The position numbers and the translations under genes are program-made. A DNA stretch of 63,285 nucleotides, counting the filler, from Licmophora abbreviata (Eukaryota): the NCBI GenBank assembly GCA_900291995.1. It is 12 parts of 12 records of this genome, joined end to end, with 100 filler letters (N's around TTAATTAATTAA, not from the genome) between each part and the next. Parts side by side here need not be neighbours in the genome. Positions count along the whole stretch, not along the records: positions 21,063 to 41,187 come from OLMU01002042.1; 11 more parts are not named here. One strand, given 5' to 3'. Shown here piece after piece: positions 23,209 through 35,283 of the stretch. A model generated the notes under the pieces. The model ran no database searches, was not told the origin of the DNA, and worked only from the letters and a program-made list of their open reading frames with translations. The number at the start of each line of letters is the position of its first letter. Within the stretch, counting starts at the first letter, position 1.

Positions 23209-24309
23209 ATGCTCAGATCAAAGCGACTGAAGTTCTGGTTGCTGTTATTCAGCAGTTTCGTGGAAAGAGCTTCATCCTGCTATTGTCAAGGTCGATTCCG
23301 AACATTCCCAATGGAGAGGACCGCTGAGACGACGACTAGGATGATGATGACGGCCGCTTCCGAAGAGAAATCGTCCGAGAATAAGGAGCTATCGCCTCAA
23401 AAGCATCATACGATTACTGTGTGCATGGTACCACCCCCGTCTGAGACAATTGTATGGGAGAAAGTGACACAGGCCAGGACCGAACTCCAAGATCCGGGTC
23501 TCTATCGTTGGCCGCCTCATGTCAACATGCTGTACCCATTCATCAACATCAAGTCAGACCGAAATTCTGACGAAACCAATGCTGTTGTAGATGAGAGTCT
23601 CATCCGCCGGATTCGAGCAGCATCGCAGCAATGTGAACCTTTTCACGTAAATCTGGATAGTTTTGGAACCTTTGGCGGAGCTGGACGCGGCGTTCTGTGG
23701 CTGTATCCGAGAAGCTTTCGAAGGAATGACGACGCGGATGAGCCTCTGATTCGACTGCAGGCATTGTTGGAAGAACAGTTTCCTACTTGCACTGATCAGC
23801 GCAAGCATGGCCGCTACAGTCCCCACATGACTCTCTCGCATTTCCCGTCCCTTGAATCTGCTCGAAAAGCACAAGCACAAGTCGAGTCCTGGTGGCCGAC
23901 GGAGCTAAGCTTCAGCATGGATCGAATCTACTTGTTGCAGCGGAAGGGTGACGATGGTCAATTTCTAAGGATAGCAACAATTCCTCTTGGAGACTCGATG
24001 GATGACGATGGCATGCGCGTGCATGATCCCCCAGAACCCTTCCCGCTCATGCCGACCACAGAAGAGGGCTGGGTTCGCGACGAGCGCGAGAAGCTGAAAC
24101 AGCGCAGAAACAAATCCTGGAAACGGGGGAGAAGACGCCGAGGGCGTGGGTCGCGCAAGTCGAATGTTCAGGGCGACTATCGGGGTCCCAGTCGGAGCCG
24201 TGATTCGCCAGAGGTGATCGCTGCGAAGCGAGCGGAACGAAAAGCCAAACGCGATCGACTGGAGGCCGAACGATTAGAGCATAGTTCTGGCAGTAGTGAC
24301 GTTCCTTGA
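23209..24309 (+). CDS. 2H phosphoesterase (2'-5' RNA ligase-like, LENG9 type) with basic tail
   Basis: RWPPHVNMLYPF and YSPHMTLSHF His motifs about 100 aa apart; Arg-rich C-terminus. Confidence 0.8.
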   Translation: MLRSKRLKFWLLLFSSFVERASSCYCQGRFRTFPMERTAETTTRMMMTAASEEKSSENKELSPQKHHTITVCMVPPPSETIVWEKVTQARTELQDPGLYRWPPHVNMLYPFINIKSDRNSDETNAVVDESLIRRIRAASQQCEPFHVNLDSFGTFGGAGRGVLWLYPRSFRRNDDADEPLIRLQALLEEQFPTCTDQRKHGRYSPHMTLSHFPSLESARKAQAQVESWWPTELSFSMDRIYLLQRKGDDGQFLRIATIPLGDSMDDDGMRVHDPPEPFPLMPTTEEGWVRDEREKLKQRRNKSWKRGRRRRGRGSRKSNVQGDYRGPSRSRDSPEVIAAKRAERKAKRDRLEAERLEHSSGSSDVP

Positions 24310-25356
24310 TCTATATTATTCGATGTATTCTCTTTTAATTGTGACATATACCCTCTTGTTTCGCGATATTCCTTCTTGCACTTCGTTCTCACGCGCGAAA
24401 ACAAGGCTCCTCCTTCCGAGTGGGAGAGTCCCTCTTCTGAACCTATCAAAGGTTCGGCATCTCCAGCAAGGTCTTCCGACTGGAGAGTGACTGTCCACTT
24501 TCGCTATCCCCGGTGTACGCTGAGGAGTCGACGCGCACACATGCCATATTGCGGTATATTTTATGACTACCATGGGAGCACCCAGGTGGCTGATTCTCTC
24601 TCCCCCAGAATTCATCCCAAGCCAAACAGATGGCACACCCACCAGTACTAGGAGAAGCCTCGTCATAGACCGGAGCTCGCTCGGAGCCCATGTGCTCAAT
24701 CGGCGCCTCTGAACGCGGTGCCACCGTGTCCATCTCAGACACAGCGAGTGTGGTAGATGGACTTCCCATGTTCGTTTTGCAAGTTTTCATCGCCTTGTCC
24801 AAGGAAGCGATATGCTGCTCCCCCTCGACCATACTAACAGCGTAATCAGTCGATGCACCTTCTCCGATGCGCTAGTATGTTGCAGGACCGCACTCACGCT
24901 CACACGCGGCGCCGCGGCTTGGAGTTTGTGTGCTCCGCCATTTGGCGAGCCGAGGATTCGTTTGAAATGCGAAACATCATCATGTTGGCAAAGTGTCAAT
25001 GATACTTTCCAGCGATGCGCGTTGACATTTTTGAAGTCATCTCTCGCCGCGCGCGCTAGCACTTTTTGAGAACTCCAGAAAAATTGACCTTGCGACGAAT
25101 AAGGCACATTCTTTGCGATGACAACGATACGTGAGTCGAGTCGAGTCGCATATCGCAAAAGAACATCATCGTCGTGTCAGCGAGTCGCTGTAGCTCAGTT
25201 TGTTGGTCCTCTACGTGACCCATTGTCCTTGCTGGATCAGTCGGAGCGAGACACGTGCTAATCTGGAGTTCTCTTGTCGATTTTTGATACAATTCTCGTT
25301 TCAAGCTTTGTGAGAATATTGGTGTCATTGCCAGGGACAGAATACCGAACTGCATC

Positions 25357-27051
25357 ATGACTGTTTCATCTAACAAGGTAAGTTGTGCCATGGAGTCACC
25401 CTCTGAGCGAGGTACACTTTGCCGGGAACTCAGTAGTCTTCTCTGTTTGGACATCAGCTGTTGACTCTTTGTAGATGCTCAATTCGATCTCGTCGGGCAC
25501 TGATTGCTAGTTCACGGTGCCAAACACGAGTGGCAAGCACCCACTCTTTTCGGCTCGGCGCAACAGTGTTTAATAAGCCTCATTGTAAAGCAGAACCACG
25601 ACTCTTCTCCTCTCTGTCTGTCGAGGATACATCCGAACCTCCTAGAAAGACCATCCCATTCATACTGGCTGACATTGGGGAGGGCATCGCCGAAGTAGAA
25701 CTGTTGCAGTGGTACGTGAGTCCGGGCGACGACGTGGCACAGTTCGATCGTGTCTGCGAAGTACAGAGCGATAAGGCAACGGTAGAAATCACGTCACGCT
25801 TCGATGGTATCGTCGAATCCTTGAATGGAAAGGTAGGAGACATGATCCAAGTCGGTTCCCCGCTCATTCAGATTGGAGTAGTCGACGTGGGTGGCGGAAC
25901 GGCAGAGCCAGCAGAAGGGGGCTCTAACGAAACCCAGCAACCGGGAGGATCTTCCAAGCTACACAATATAGACGACCAGGAGGATAAGCTGCGCATTCCG
26001 TCTCTGGCTTCCAGTTACGATCTAGCAGGAGACGAAAACGAAGACCCGAAGAGGGGCAAGGTGTTCGCGACTCCTGCCGTGCGCAAGCTAGGAATGGATC
26101 ATAACTTGTCCTTGAGTAACATAGTTGGGACTGGTCCGAAAGGCCGCGTTCTTAAGGCCGATGTGCTGAAAATTATCCAAGAAAAGGAAGGAAAGCAGTC
26201 TCCTGGCTCGTCTGCTCCGACCACAACGGGCGGGACCGCGCTCCATTCACACGGACCGCTGATAGAAGAAGACACTACAGTCGATGTCAAAGGATACAAT
26301 CGTATGATGATCAAGTCCATGACGACCTCTCTACAAGTCCCTCACATGCACTACGGAGATGAAATCGACATGGGCGAGATGATCAAGTGCAAGAAAGCTT
26401 TGCAGGCTCACGCGGACGCACATGGCGTCAAGCTTTCGCTACTACCCTTTGCAATCAAGGCGGTGTCGCTGGCGCTGAAAGATTATCCTGCTCTGAACGC
26501 TTCGCTGAACGCGGAAGGATACAAAGTCACCTACAAAGCCAGTCACAACATTGGTGTGGCAATGGACACGCCGCGTGGTCTGGCGGTTCCAGTTATCAAA
26601 AATTGTCAGAACTTGTCGGTTCTCGAGATTGCTGCAGAGCTTAGTCGGCTTAGAAACCTGGTAAGGCACATGGCTCAAGAATTAGGATATTTTGACTTCT
26701 GTGGAACTATACTCACACACACACCTCTTTTCTTCGCTCGCGTAGGGAATGGAATCGAGTTTGTCGGAAAGAGACATCTCCGATGCTACTTTCTCTATCA
26801 GCAACATGGGTGCGATTGGAGGCACGTACATGTCACCCGTAGTTGTTCCACCGCAGGTAGCTATCGGGGCAATGGGTCGCATCCAGAGACTTCCTAGATT
26901 CGTTGATAATGCTGTTGAAGAAGTAAGCATCATGCAAATATCGTGGGGCGGGGACCACCGTGTGATTGATGGTGCTACAATGGCTCGTTTTAGTAACCGA
27001 TGGAAGGAGTTTATGGAGAACCCTATATCCATGGTTGTTTCTTTGAGGTAA
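25357..27051 (+). CDS. DBT: Branched-chain alpha-keto acid dehydrogenase E2 (dihydrolipoamide acyltransferase), mitochondrial (introns 25378-25457, 26661-26745)
   Basis: Lipoyl domain LADIGEGI...EVQSDKA; E3-binding ATPAVRK...GTGPKGRVLKAD; catalytic DHRVIDG; Arg-rich presequence MTVSSNK|LLTLCRCSIRSRR. Confidence 0.93.
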
Positions 27052-27276
27052 GAGGAAGACTTGGTACCGCGAGGATCTGTCGACTGTCTAGAGCTTCATT
27101 TGGATGCCAGAAACTGGTTTGGCTAAATGGGGCAGTTAACAGCTCGTACGGGTGCCGATATAGACTACGCCGGGTTCACGGCACCGTATTTATAATTCAA
27201 TCATCAGTTATCTACTAAACTACATGTACAATCGCGTGCAAGGAATGAGAAAAGAACTCTCAGCGTCTTCTTGCAT

Positions 27277-28805
27277 TTATTCCACTTGCTTCCAAAACTC
27301 AGAGGCAGGATGGAGCGCAGGTTGACTGTGGACGCGGCGATGACCCACATTGGGGCGGAAGGCACCATAGAGAGCGGCTTTCAGCTCTTGCGGGTTGACG
27401 ACGGGCACAGCATTGACCCCGTTGCTCATAGTGGTGCCGATAAGCTCGCCTGGCGCTTGTTTCCCCAAGACGGCCTGTTTGAGTTGCTGGGCATCGTCGT
27501 TCGTGAGCGTTGATTCGGGTGTGCGCTCTTGAGGGTTGTCGTAGAGCAAGGGCTCATCAACGGCGGGATTCTGCATCTTCTCAGTTTCCAACGAAGTCAA
27601 TGTGTTCGCCTTCTCCATCGGGTCCGACCACGCAACCACAACCTTCCGACCATGGTCATACGTGGGCTGACGGCCATGAGAGGTGGAGAAGTTATCGATC
27701 ATTAACATGTCGCCCTTCTTCCAGCGGTTAAAAACCATATTCTTGTGGATCGCCGTGCGGATTTCGTGCATCTCGCGGACCGAAATGGGAGTCCCGTCAC
27801 CAAATGTAGAATCGAGACTCATTCTCTTGCAAAGAAAGCCGTAGTTCACGATACAAAAGATCGAAACTAGAATACAATGAAGCAACAGTTTGACTTCGTG
27901 GGTGCGGAGGAACGCATAGAAGAGCTCCACGGGGAATGTTGTCCAGTGGAAGACTTGCGAGTGATTGAAGAAGACCGGCTCCTGAAGAGATAACAAAGCA
28001 GAAAGGCTGATGGCATGAGTCTACCACACTTTTAGCATGCATTCGTTGTCAGCAGCATGTGTCTTACCTTGGTGATCGGGTGGTGCTGAAAGGGCTCTGA
28101 CTGTGTCACAGAAACGAATCGGTCCTTGTTGGTACCTTCCCACGTCACAGGAAGACCTTCCTCGCGACAGATGCGTTCCACCTCGGCCTTGTCGCATGTT
28201 TCAAAAAGTTCAGGCCATCCCAGCATACTGGAAACATCAAACGTCCAGTACGAACCGACAAGCTCGTGTGTCCTCGTGTATCGGAGCTTCTTATCAAAAA
28301 GCTTCTGACGAAGCTCCGCGTTCAAGTCCTGGTACACCTTGCGGAAGTCACAGAGTGCTGTCTCCCCTCCAGGCCTACGTGACGCCTTCATGCAGCTAAA
28401 CATGAGTTGACGAGGAGGAGCAGGTAGGAATGACATCTCAATGTGTTGCGCGATAGGGTAGTTCGTGGGGACTTCGGCCGCCGAAAAGACGTAGTCTGTC
28501 CCCGGTTGCAGGTCACGAGGACTGGTACCGCGGTAGCAGTTGTTCAGGTTAGGCTGGGCTGCGAGTGCAGCGCGTTCAAAGTCTTCACTGGATGTGATCT
28601 CGAACCCCCGTGCAAGTACAGCGCCGTACTTGAGCATCATATCAGAGACAAAGGGGCGATTGTGTTCCAACCACGCGCAGAGGAAGCCCAGAGACTTCTC
28701 CCAGCGCGGCGAAATCACCAGAGGTAGACTCTTTGTGGATAAGCCATCGTCCGATGGAAGGAACGATACGTTTACAGCGTCGAGGCCGAGAGTTTGCTTC
28801 ATCAT
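27277..28805 (-). CDS. TauD/clavaminate synthase-like Fe(II)/2OG dioxygenase (intron ~27983-28068; possible extra 5' exon from 29037)
   Basis: YGAVLARGF, HxE motif AQHIEMSF, GGETALCD, WKKGDMLMIDN..TSHGR. Confidence 0.88.
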
Positions 28806-29224
28806 CGTGGTCTTTTGAGAACGCCATTCACCTGAAAGCCTGATGAGTCAAATGACAAAAGTTGACACGGTCGTGTCGCCTCGGTTCCTGCCAGTGGTAC
28901 TGATTTCACGTAGCTTCATACGACAGTTTTTCGCGCCAAAGTTTGGAAGGTGATGCGCTGACACTCGATACGAGCTTCCCGAAGACCAGAGCATTCCGAC
29001 TAGCTCGCGACGATTCGTGGGACACAGCGTGGGACATCACAACAGACGCTTTAGCTCCTCGCCATCCGTATGACAGCAGGCCAGACGGATCTATCGACCA
29101 GTGAACAATGATGTGTGCCTCATTTTGTGGGCGGGCGGCTGGCGCCTTATATAACAGGTACCATGAAGGTGCTTCAAAGCCGCTGTTTGCTCTGTGAATA
29201 GCTAGCAACGATGATCTGGCACTC

Positions 29225-30053
29225 ATGGTCTTGCTGATAAGGGTAAGAATGTTGTGGAGAGGAGTGGGTCTCCTTTCAGACAAGATCGGGCGAAATCAGG
29301 TCGCATGTTTGTCTACTCAAACTGCGAGCGCCTCATATGTGAACGCACGCCACGCTCCCGCTGATTTTGACTCCTCTGCTGCCGTGTACGAAGAAATGGT
29401 TACCATTGAGGAAGGCGACATTTTGGCTCAAGAAATGTTGGGTCGAATGAGACGGTACGATTCTCGGTCGGCATAGTAGGTGCTGATGTCTTTAGCTATC
29501 GTCCAATCTGACAATGCCTCTTGCTTTTTGTGTTCCTAGACGACGATATGAACGGGGGCACTGGGATGCAGTGATTACCAACTATAAGGAAATCGAACTT
29601 TCAGATGAGTCCTCATTGTCGCCTACTTCTCAACAGATCATGCAGCGTATTCGGACGCACCTTGAGTCGCATCACTTGGCCCATTCACCAGGTGTTGTAC
29701 GGTGGCTTCCATGCCACGCAATTGATCTAAGGCGTGACACGGGCGAGCTGAAACCTCACGTGGACTCAATTCGATTCTCAGGTGATCTTGTCGCGGGTCT
29801 AAGCTTGCTGTCTCCGAGCATCATGCGACTGAAACCTGACTCGGAATCATCGCGCTCAACGAACAGTGCGGGCTGGGTTGACATGTATCTACCTCCGTTG
29901 TCCCTTTATGTCATGACGGGAATGAGTCGATACGAATACACTCATGAACTTCTTCCAACGGACTCAAGCTTTGAAATGCCTGATGGGGTACCTGTAGAGG
30001 TTGCGCGAGACCAAAGACTTAGCATCATCTTCCGGGATGCCAAGCAACAATAA
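29225..30053 (+). CDS. ALKBH7: AlkB homolog 7, Fe(II)/2OG dioxygenase (intron 29455-29539)
   Basis: RRRYERGHWDAVI, LKPHVDSIRFSG, RYEYTHE, RLSIIFR. Confidence 0.9.
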
Positions 30054-30524
30054 CCTTGTCAGGTGTAGTGCCTGCTGCGGAGGTATGTTCTTGTCAATCA
30101 ATTTGCAGTGACAGCGGTCTGGCTTATGATTAATGCATTTATGGAATTACCGTCTGATCAAAGTAGAACTCTACTTGAAAGGGAAGACATCTCTGCGGCT
30201 TGAATGAAGCCAGACCCCGCCCTTGTCGTGCCTTACGTTCTATCTTGTGCATGCTTCGTTCCTAACTACTCTCTTTGTTTTCACCATGTGATGACCCATC
30301 AGATTATGGGGTACTCTCCTGCCTACAATCATGCGTGTGGCAGCGATGTAACCAATGCCCAACGACGTCTTTACTGACTCGACTCGTTCGGCTTATCATC
30401 ACCCCCTGTATTCTACTAGCCTCGCCGGATCTTCGCCTCATAACCTATTCGAATCAGGCGACAGACAAATCATTCTCGCGGCGAGCACGCTGAACGCTGA
30501 GATCACAATCTCTGCGCAGCGACC

Positions 30525-31703
30525 ATGATGCCGGCGTCGTTGACCGCTCCGAAGGACGTTCAGTCCAAGCTGACCTATGTTTATGACGATGGTAAACGTC
30601 CCCACCTCTATGCAAGACCGCGTACAAGGGCTGACCCTCACAAGACGGATTACGGTGCTTCACCGGAACTTGTCAACGTGAAGATACTCGATGCTCGCCT
30701 GCAAAAGCACGACTTCAAGCTTGACAAGAATGCCTTTGAGCTCGTCCAGCAGGAGACACAATTGAATTCAAAAGACTTCTCGGACAGAAAATTAGTGCAA
30801 TCTACTTACTATCTCGAGATCGAAGAGCTCATTCGTCGCGAAACGGGAGCTGCCAAAGTGGTATGCTTCCATCACCAAGTGCGCGATGGCACACGATCTA
30901 CCGCCAAGAGCAAGAGCGCCAGAGAGTATGCCTCTGACGTCCACACCGACTCGTCGCCGTCATCAGCGGAAGAATCATACTTTGAGGCTCTCGATGCTGT
31001 GAAGGAGAAGGGTGAGGACGTGGCACCATTCAGGAGAGGACGGTTTCTTTATGTTAATGCTTGGAGGAACATTACCGACACGCCCATTCAGAATCACCAT
31101 TTGGCGGTCTGTGACGAGACATCCCTGGTCAAACCTGACGACTACATCCCTTATGATTTCTTTGAGCAGGGGTACGCCGGCGTCCACTACAACCTAGCTT
31201 CTAGGAATCAATCGAGACACCGTTGGCACTACTATCCTGACATGGCGAAAGACGAGGTCCTACTCTTCAAGCAGTTTGATTCCGATCCCGAACTGCCTGG
31301 TCGTATGTGTTTTCATGCAAGCTTTGAAGACCCCACAGCTCCTGCAGACGCGTGCCCACGTACTTCCATCGAAGTCCGGGCCATGGCATTCTTTCCGGAC
31401 CATGAACCCAACACGTGTCCGACTTTAGATGGTCGCACGAGAGTCGCCGTAGGCAAGATCCTTCAGGGAGTCGATTACGTCAATGAATGGCCACGAATGG
31501 ATCGATGGTGGTTCATGGATAAGGCCAAGAAGGGCGATTACGGACTAGTGCTGGACACGTTGATAGAAGACAAACGCAATGACTTTGGCTTGAAGGGCGA
31601 ACAAGACAAGGAATTCTTGGAAGACGTCCGGAACTTGGCACTAGATCAAGGCTTCGTTGATCATGCGACTCGCTCTGCGGCCTTGTTGAAAGCGAAAAAG
31701 TAA
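30525..31703 (+). CDS. CmcJ/NvfI/AsaB-like Fe(II)/2OG-type oxidoreductase, intronless
   Basis: LDKNAFELV, VHTD (HxD), VNAWRNI, LAVCD, HRWHYYPDM..DEVLLFKQFDS, FHASF, RTSIEVR. Confidence 0.82.
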   Translation: MMPASLTAPKDVQSKLTYVYDDGKRPHLYARPRTRADPHKTDYGASPELVNVKILDARLQKHDFKLDKNAFELVQQETQLNSKDFSDRKLVQSTYYLEIEELIRRETGAAKVVCFHHQVRDGTRSTAKSKSAREYASDVHTDSSPSSAEESYFEALDAVKEKGEDVAPFRRGRFLYVNAWRNITDTPIQNHHLAVCDETSLVKPDDYIPYDFFEQGYAGVHYNLASRNQSRHRWHYYPDMAKDEVLLFKQFDSDPELPGRMCFHASFEDPTAPADACPRTSIEVRAMAFFPDHEPNTCPTLDGRTRVAVGKILQGVDYVNEWPRMDRWWFMDKAKKGDYGLVLDTLIEDKRNDFGLKGEQDKEFLEDVRNLALDQGFVDHATRSAALLKAKK

Positions 31704-32038
31704 CTATAGATATTTCTCGTTCATGTTGCCTGGTGTGATCATACAACAGTGCGCAATCCACTCGTGGTTCTCGAAGGCTCAACCTGTAGTGTCGAACAAA
31801 TAACAAATAGGGTCCTGTGACGCAAGCAAGACAGATTCAGAATGTCATGACGTTCTGTGCTTGGCGCGCAATTTCCTTTCGAGACTTTTGTTGTATCCAA
31901 AGCTTCCCGCGGCATACCGGTGGCACGGTAAGGGTGTGATGCAACGAAACTATCGCGACGACCAGGTATAGCTTGACAGTCCTGTTGTTCGACTCGACCT
32001 TGCACTGTATTGTATCTGCCGCTGTCATTCTGAAGGGG

Positions 32039-33447
32039 ATGAAAGTAAAGGATCTACCGACTCCGGCGTTTGTGATAAATCGTAGCGCGCTCGTGCAAAA
32101 TTGTCGAGCTGCGCTGCAACACGCGGCGAAACACAAGTTGAAACTGCGACCACATGTCAAGACGCATAAGACTGTTGAAGGAGCGTACATTCAGGCTACT
32201 GGCTGTGAAACGATGGGTCAGTCGAGGGATAAACTTCTTCCGTCCTCAGTCGTGTCGGGGTTTGTGGCATCTACACTGCCAGAGGTCGCCATGCTGGTGG
32301 ATGGCGCTGCGGAGATCGGTGGACCATTCCGAGACATCCTGTTCGGCGTGCCAATTTCAAAATCGAAACTTCTTCATGTAGATATGCTACGAAAGAAGCT
32401 TGCTGAGGGTCATATTCATATATTGTTAGACCATGAGGAACAAGTTCGTCAGGTAGAAGAATACTATCGCGAAGTCTGTTGCACAGACGACCAGGCTCCG
32501 CCTCGATTCACGGCGTTCCTCAAACTCGACACAGGCTATCATCGAGCAGGTGTGCCATGCGACAAACGTGGTGTTGCTGTGGCGGTGAAGATAATCGAAT
32601 CATGTGCGATAGAGCTGGTCGGTGTCTATAGCCATTGGTAAGGAACACGTCACCTGGGTGTCACGTTGTATTATGCGACTGCATCCATCTCTGACGCCGC
32701 ATCCTTACTTCAACCACGATACTATCCATCATCAGTGGACATGCGTACGATGAAAACATCCCAAGCAAACGTGATGAGATCGCCACAACCGATGTTGATC
32801 AGGTGATGTCCTTCTTGGACCAACTAAGCAACGCAATAGGTTCCCGGTATGCATTATTCTCGATCAACGACCTGAGTGTGAGCGTTGGTTCCACGCCGTC
32901 CCTCTCGCACCATTACAGGAACGACAAAATAAAAAATTTGGAGATTCACCCTGGAAACTACACGCTTTATGACCGCCAGCAGCTATGGACGGGTGCGTGC
33001 CTAGATAAAGCCTGTGTAGCGGGACGCGTTGTTTCCACAGTGATTGGGCACTATGAGGACCGAAATACGATCATGCTCGATGCAGGAGCCACTGCGTTGA
33101 CAAAAGATACATCTCCTCAGGGTGGTATGTGCGAGATTACCGGATTTCCAGAGTTGGAATGTCACCGCATGAGCCAGGAAGTGACCTTGGCGAGACCCAA
33201 GGATCCCAACGCCAGGTGTCCGTTTTCCAGTTTGCCCATTGGAAACACAGTTGCTCTTCTGCCGAATCATAGCTGTCTATCAGCCGCGTGTTTTATGGAA
33301 TACTACATTATTGATGACCCCGAGGGCACGTTCGCACCTGAACAACCCGTCATCGACGTCTGGAAGCCAGTCAAGTACTTTTCTGTGAAGACCTGCCCAC
33401 TTGTTCCAGCCCAATCTAAGCGAATACCATATTACTACTCCGAGTAA
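32039..33447 (+). CDS. Fold-type III PLP enzyme, D-serine dehydratase / D-threonine aldolase family (intron 32638-32735)
   Basis: LPTPAFVI, PLP lysine motif RPHVKTHK, DTGYHRAG, YSHC|GHAY, GSTP, HPGNY, SQE, metal-binding PNHSC. Confidence 0.9.
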
Positions 33448-33480
33448 CAGATAATTTCTAGCTGCTTTGCCCTCTACCAC

Positions 33481-35283
33481 TTACGATGAAACACCTGAAA
33501 ACTTTGTCCTTCCCAAATCGCTAGCGTCGCCGCTTGGCAAAGAGGACTGCGATTCGTCCCAAAGCTGGATAACCTTGCCCAGCTGGTGGGCCAGGATCCA
33601 ATCATATGTCTCTTCCACCTCTTCCTTGACCAGCTTCCTGAACTCTGAGTTGACGGCATTCTCGATCGCGGCCAAGGTGCTATCGAAAAGAGGAGTCGTG
33701 CCCAACTCCAGTGACGACACCATTCCGTGCTTCTCTCCCCAATTCTCTTCTCCCTTTAGCAACGACCATGTCGGTGGTTTGGAGGGATACCGAGTCGGAT
33801 CCAATGTTACCGTTGCATTCAATGTCGTCGTTTGGCGCTTGACAATAGCAAGAAAGCTCCGCTCGTACGGGCTCTTGGACTCGCGGCCGTCTGTTTCGGC
33901 CCATCCAACAAGGCGTGCCTCGCAGGCCTTCGTTGCTTCTTTCCACTCTTCTCTAAATAAGGGATGAGTTGGAATCAGTTTGCGTCCTTCCAATTTCTTT
34001 AGAATATCCGCCAATGTAACATGCGATTGAAGTCGCCGCGATAGCTCACGACAAACGGTTTTGGTGCTGAGCTGCAGTGGTTCTGCGTATTCAGAAGAAG
34101 CTGCGCTATGCGTCGCCGGAAGGTGCAGGCCCGCGATATAGTTGCACCAGTGAAAGGGGCGTCCAGGGAGACGTGAGTCAATGTCTTTGAGATTGACATT
34201 TTCGGCACTCCAAGTGAATGCTCCGGTGTCGCCGGGGAACAAGTTGACGAGAAGCGTGGAGAGATAGGCCTTGTCAAGGCTGCCTGTCGCCCTCGCAGCC
34301 ACAATTCGAAGCCTGGGGAGATATTGAAACTCGACAGTGATGCATTTAAATTCATAGCCTTTTGGCACACCCGGAAGTGGCATATGCAACAAGAGCGCCT
34401 GTGAGTCGACTTGGAACCATTCGTCGTCGCCATCATCCGACAGAACCGGCGATTGTCTTGGGGTAGAAATCTCCAAGGACATGGGGTCCTCTGGGGACGC
34501 ATCCAAATAAGATTGGAGCTGCACAAAAAGAGTGTATAGGGAAGCTGATAGAGTCCGCGCATGCTCGAGTCGCTTCCTCCGATCGGTGCCGATGAGGTGC
34601 GTTGTACCAGACGACGACTTGAGCGACGACTGCCGAAGGAATGTCTGTAGTGGAAGACTCGCCTGTTCCACATTCTCCAGCTTTCTCGGAAGATCCTTAA
34701 GGAAATTTTGCTTTTTCAAAACTCTCTTTCTTGTCTCTACCAATTCTTTCTCAGCCAGATTGACATCCCGCTCCAGAGTGCCACGAGCGTTGATTTCCTT
34801 ATGTAGAGAAGCCATGACCGTATCATGATTCGCAGGATCCTCGAATGAGGCACCGACAGAACCACAGAGGACAAGATTTCTAGCCTGTTCGATGGAAATA
34901 TCTTGTTTCTTCTTTTGCTCGGCGCCCCCGCGACAGATGCGATCCAAGTGAGGAGTCGCGAAGTCTGTCTGAACCTGCCCTTGCAAATACTTCTTTTCGT
35001 ACTGCAAGTTGTGCAATAGCACCGTCTGTTGCTTTACTTCTTGTCGCTTCTTAGTCAAAAGCTCATTGGTAGTCTTGAGACTTTCCAATGCCTGCCTTTG
35101 AATCGATTTGAGAAGCAAGAGACTTGAAGTTGCTTGAGTCACCAGTGTACCTGCATCGTCGAGAGTCGAAGACTCCACAGAATCGACTAAATCCAAAAAT
35201 TCAGAAATTGCCTTGTCGTTTCGCGCCTTCAACAACGGCTTCGAATCCTCCGAGAGTTTTCGCTTCTTGGCCTGGGATGGCAT
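33481..35283 (-). CDS. THOC5: THO complex subunit 5 (FMIP)
   Basis: LHNLQYEKKYL, coiled coil followed by LKDLPRKL..VEQASLPLQ, LYTLFVQL, FQYLPRLRIV, LFPGDTG, GRPFHW. Confidence 0.8.
   Translation of the reverse strand: MPSQAKKRKLSEDSKPLLKARNDKAISEFLDLVDSVESSTLDDAGTLVTQATSSLLLLKSIQRQALESLKTTNELLTKKRQEVKQQTVLLHNLQYEKKYLQGQVQTDFATPHLDRICRGGAEQKKKQDISIEQARNLVLCGSVGASFEDPANHDTVMASLHKEINARGTLERDVNLAEKELVETRKRVLKKQNFLKDLPRKLENVEQASLPLQTFLRQSSLKSSSGTTHLIGTDRRKRLEHARTLSASLYTLFVQLQSYLDASPEDPMSLEISTPRQSPVLSDDGDDEWFQVDSQALLLHMPLPGVPKGYEFKCITVEFQYLPRLRIVAARATGSLDKAYLSTLLVNLFPGDTGAFTWSAENVNLKDIDSRLPGRPFHWCNYIAGLHLPATHSAASSEYAEPLQLSTKTVCRELSRRLQSHVTLADILKKLEGRKLIPTHPLFREEWKEATKACEARLVGWAETDGRESKSPYERSFLAIVKRQTTTLNATVTLDPTRYPSKPPTWSLLKGEENWGEKHGMVSSLELGTTPLFDSTLAAIENAVNSEFRKLVKEEVEETYDWILAHQLGKVIQLWDESQSSLPSGDASDLGRTKFSGVSS

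Noticed and set aside
25056..25454. 132-aa minus-strand ORF as a gene
   Set aside because: It overlaps the first exon, intron and promoter of DBT and has no recognisable features.
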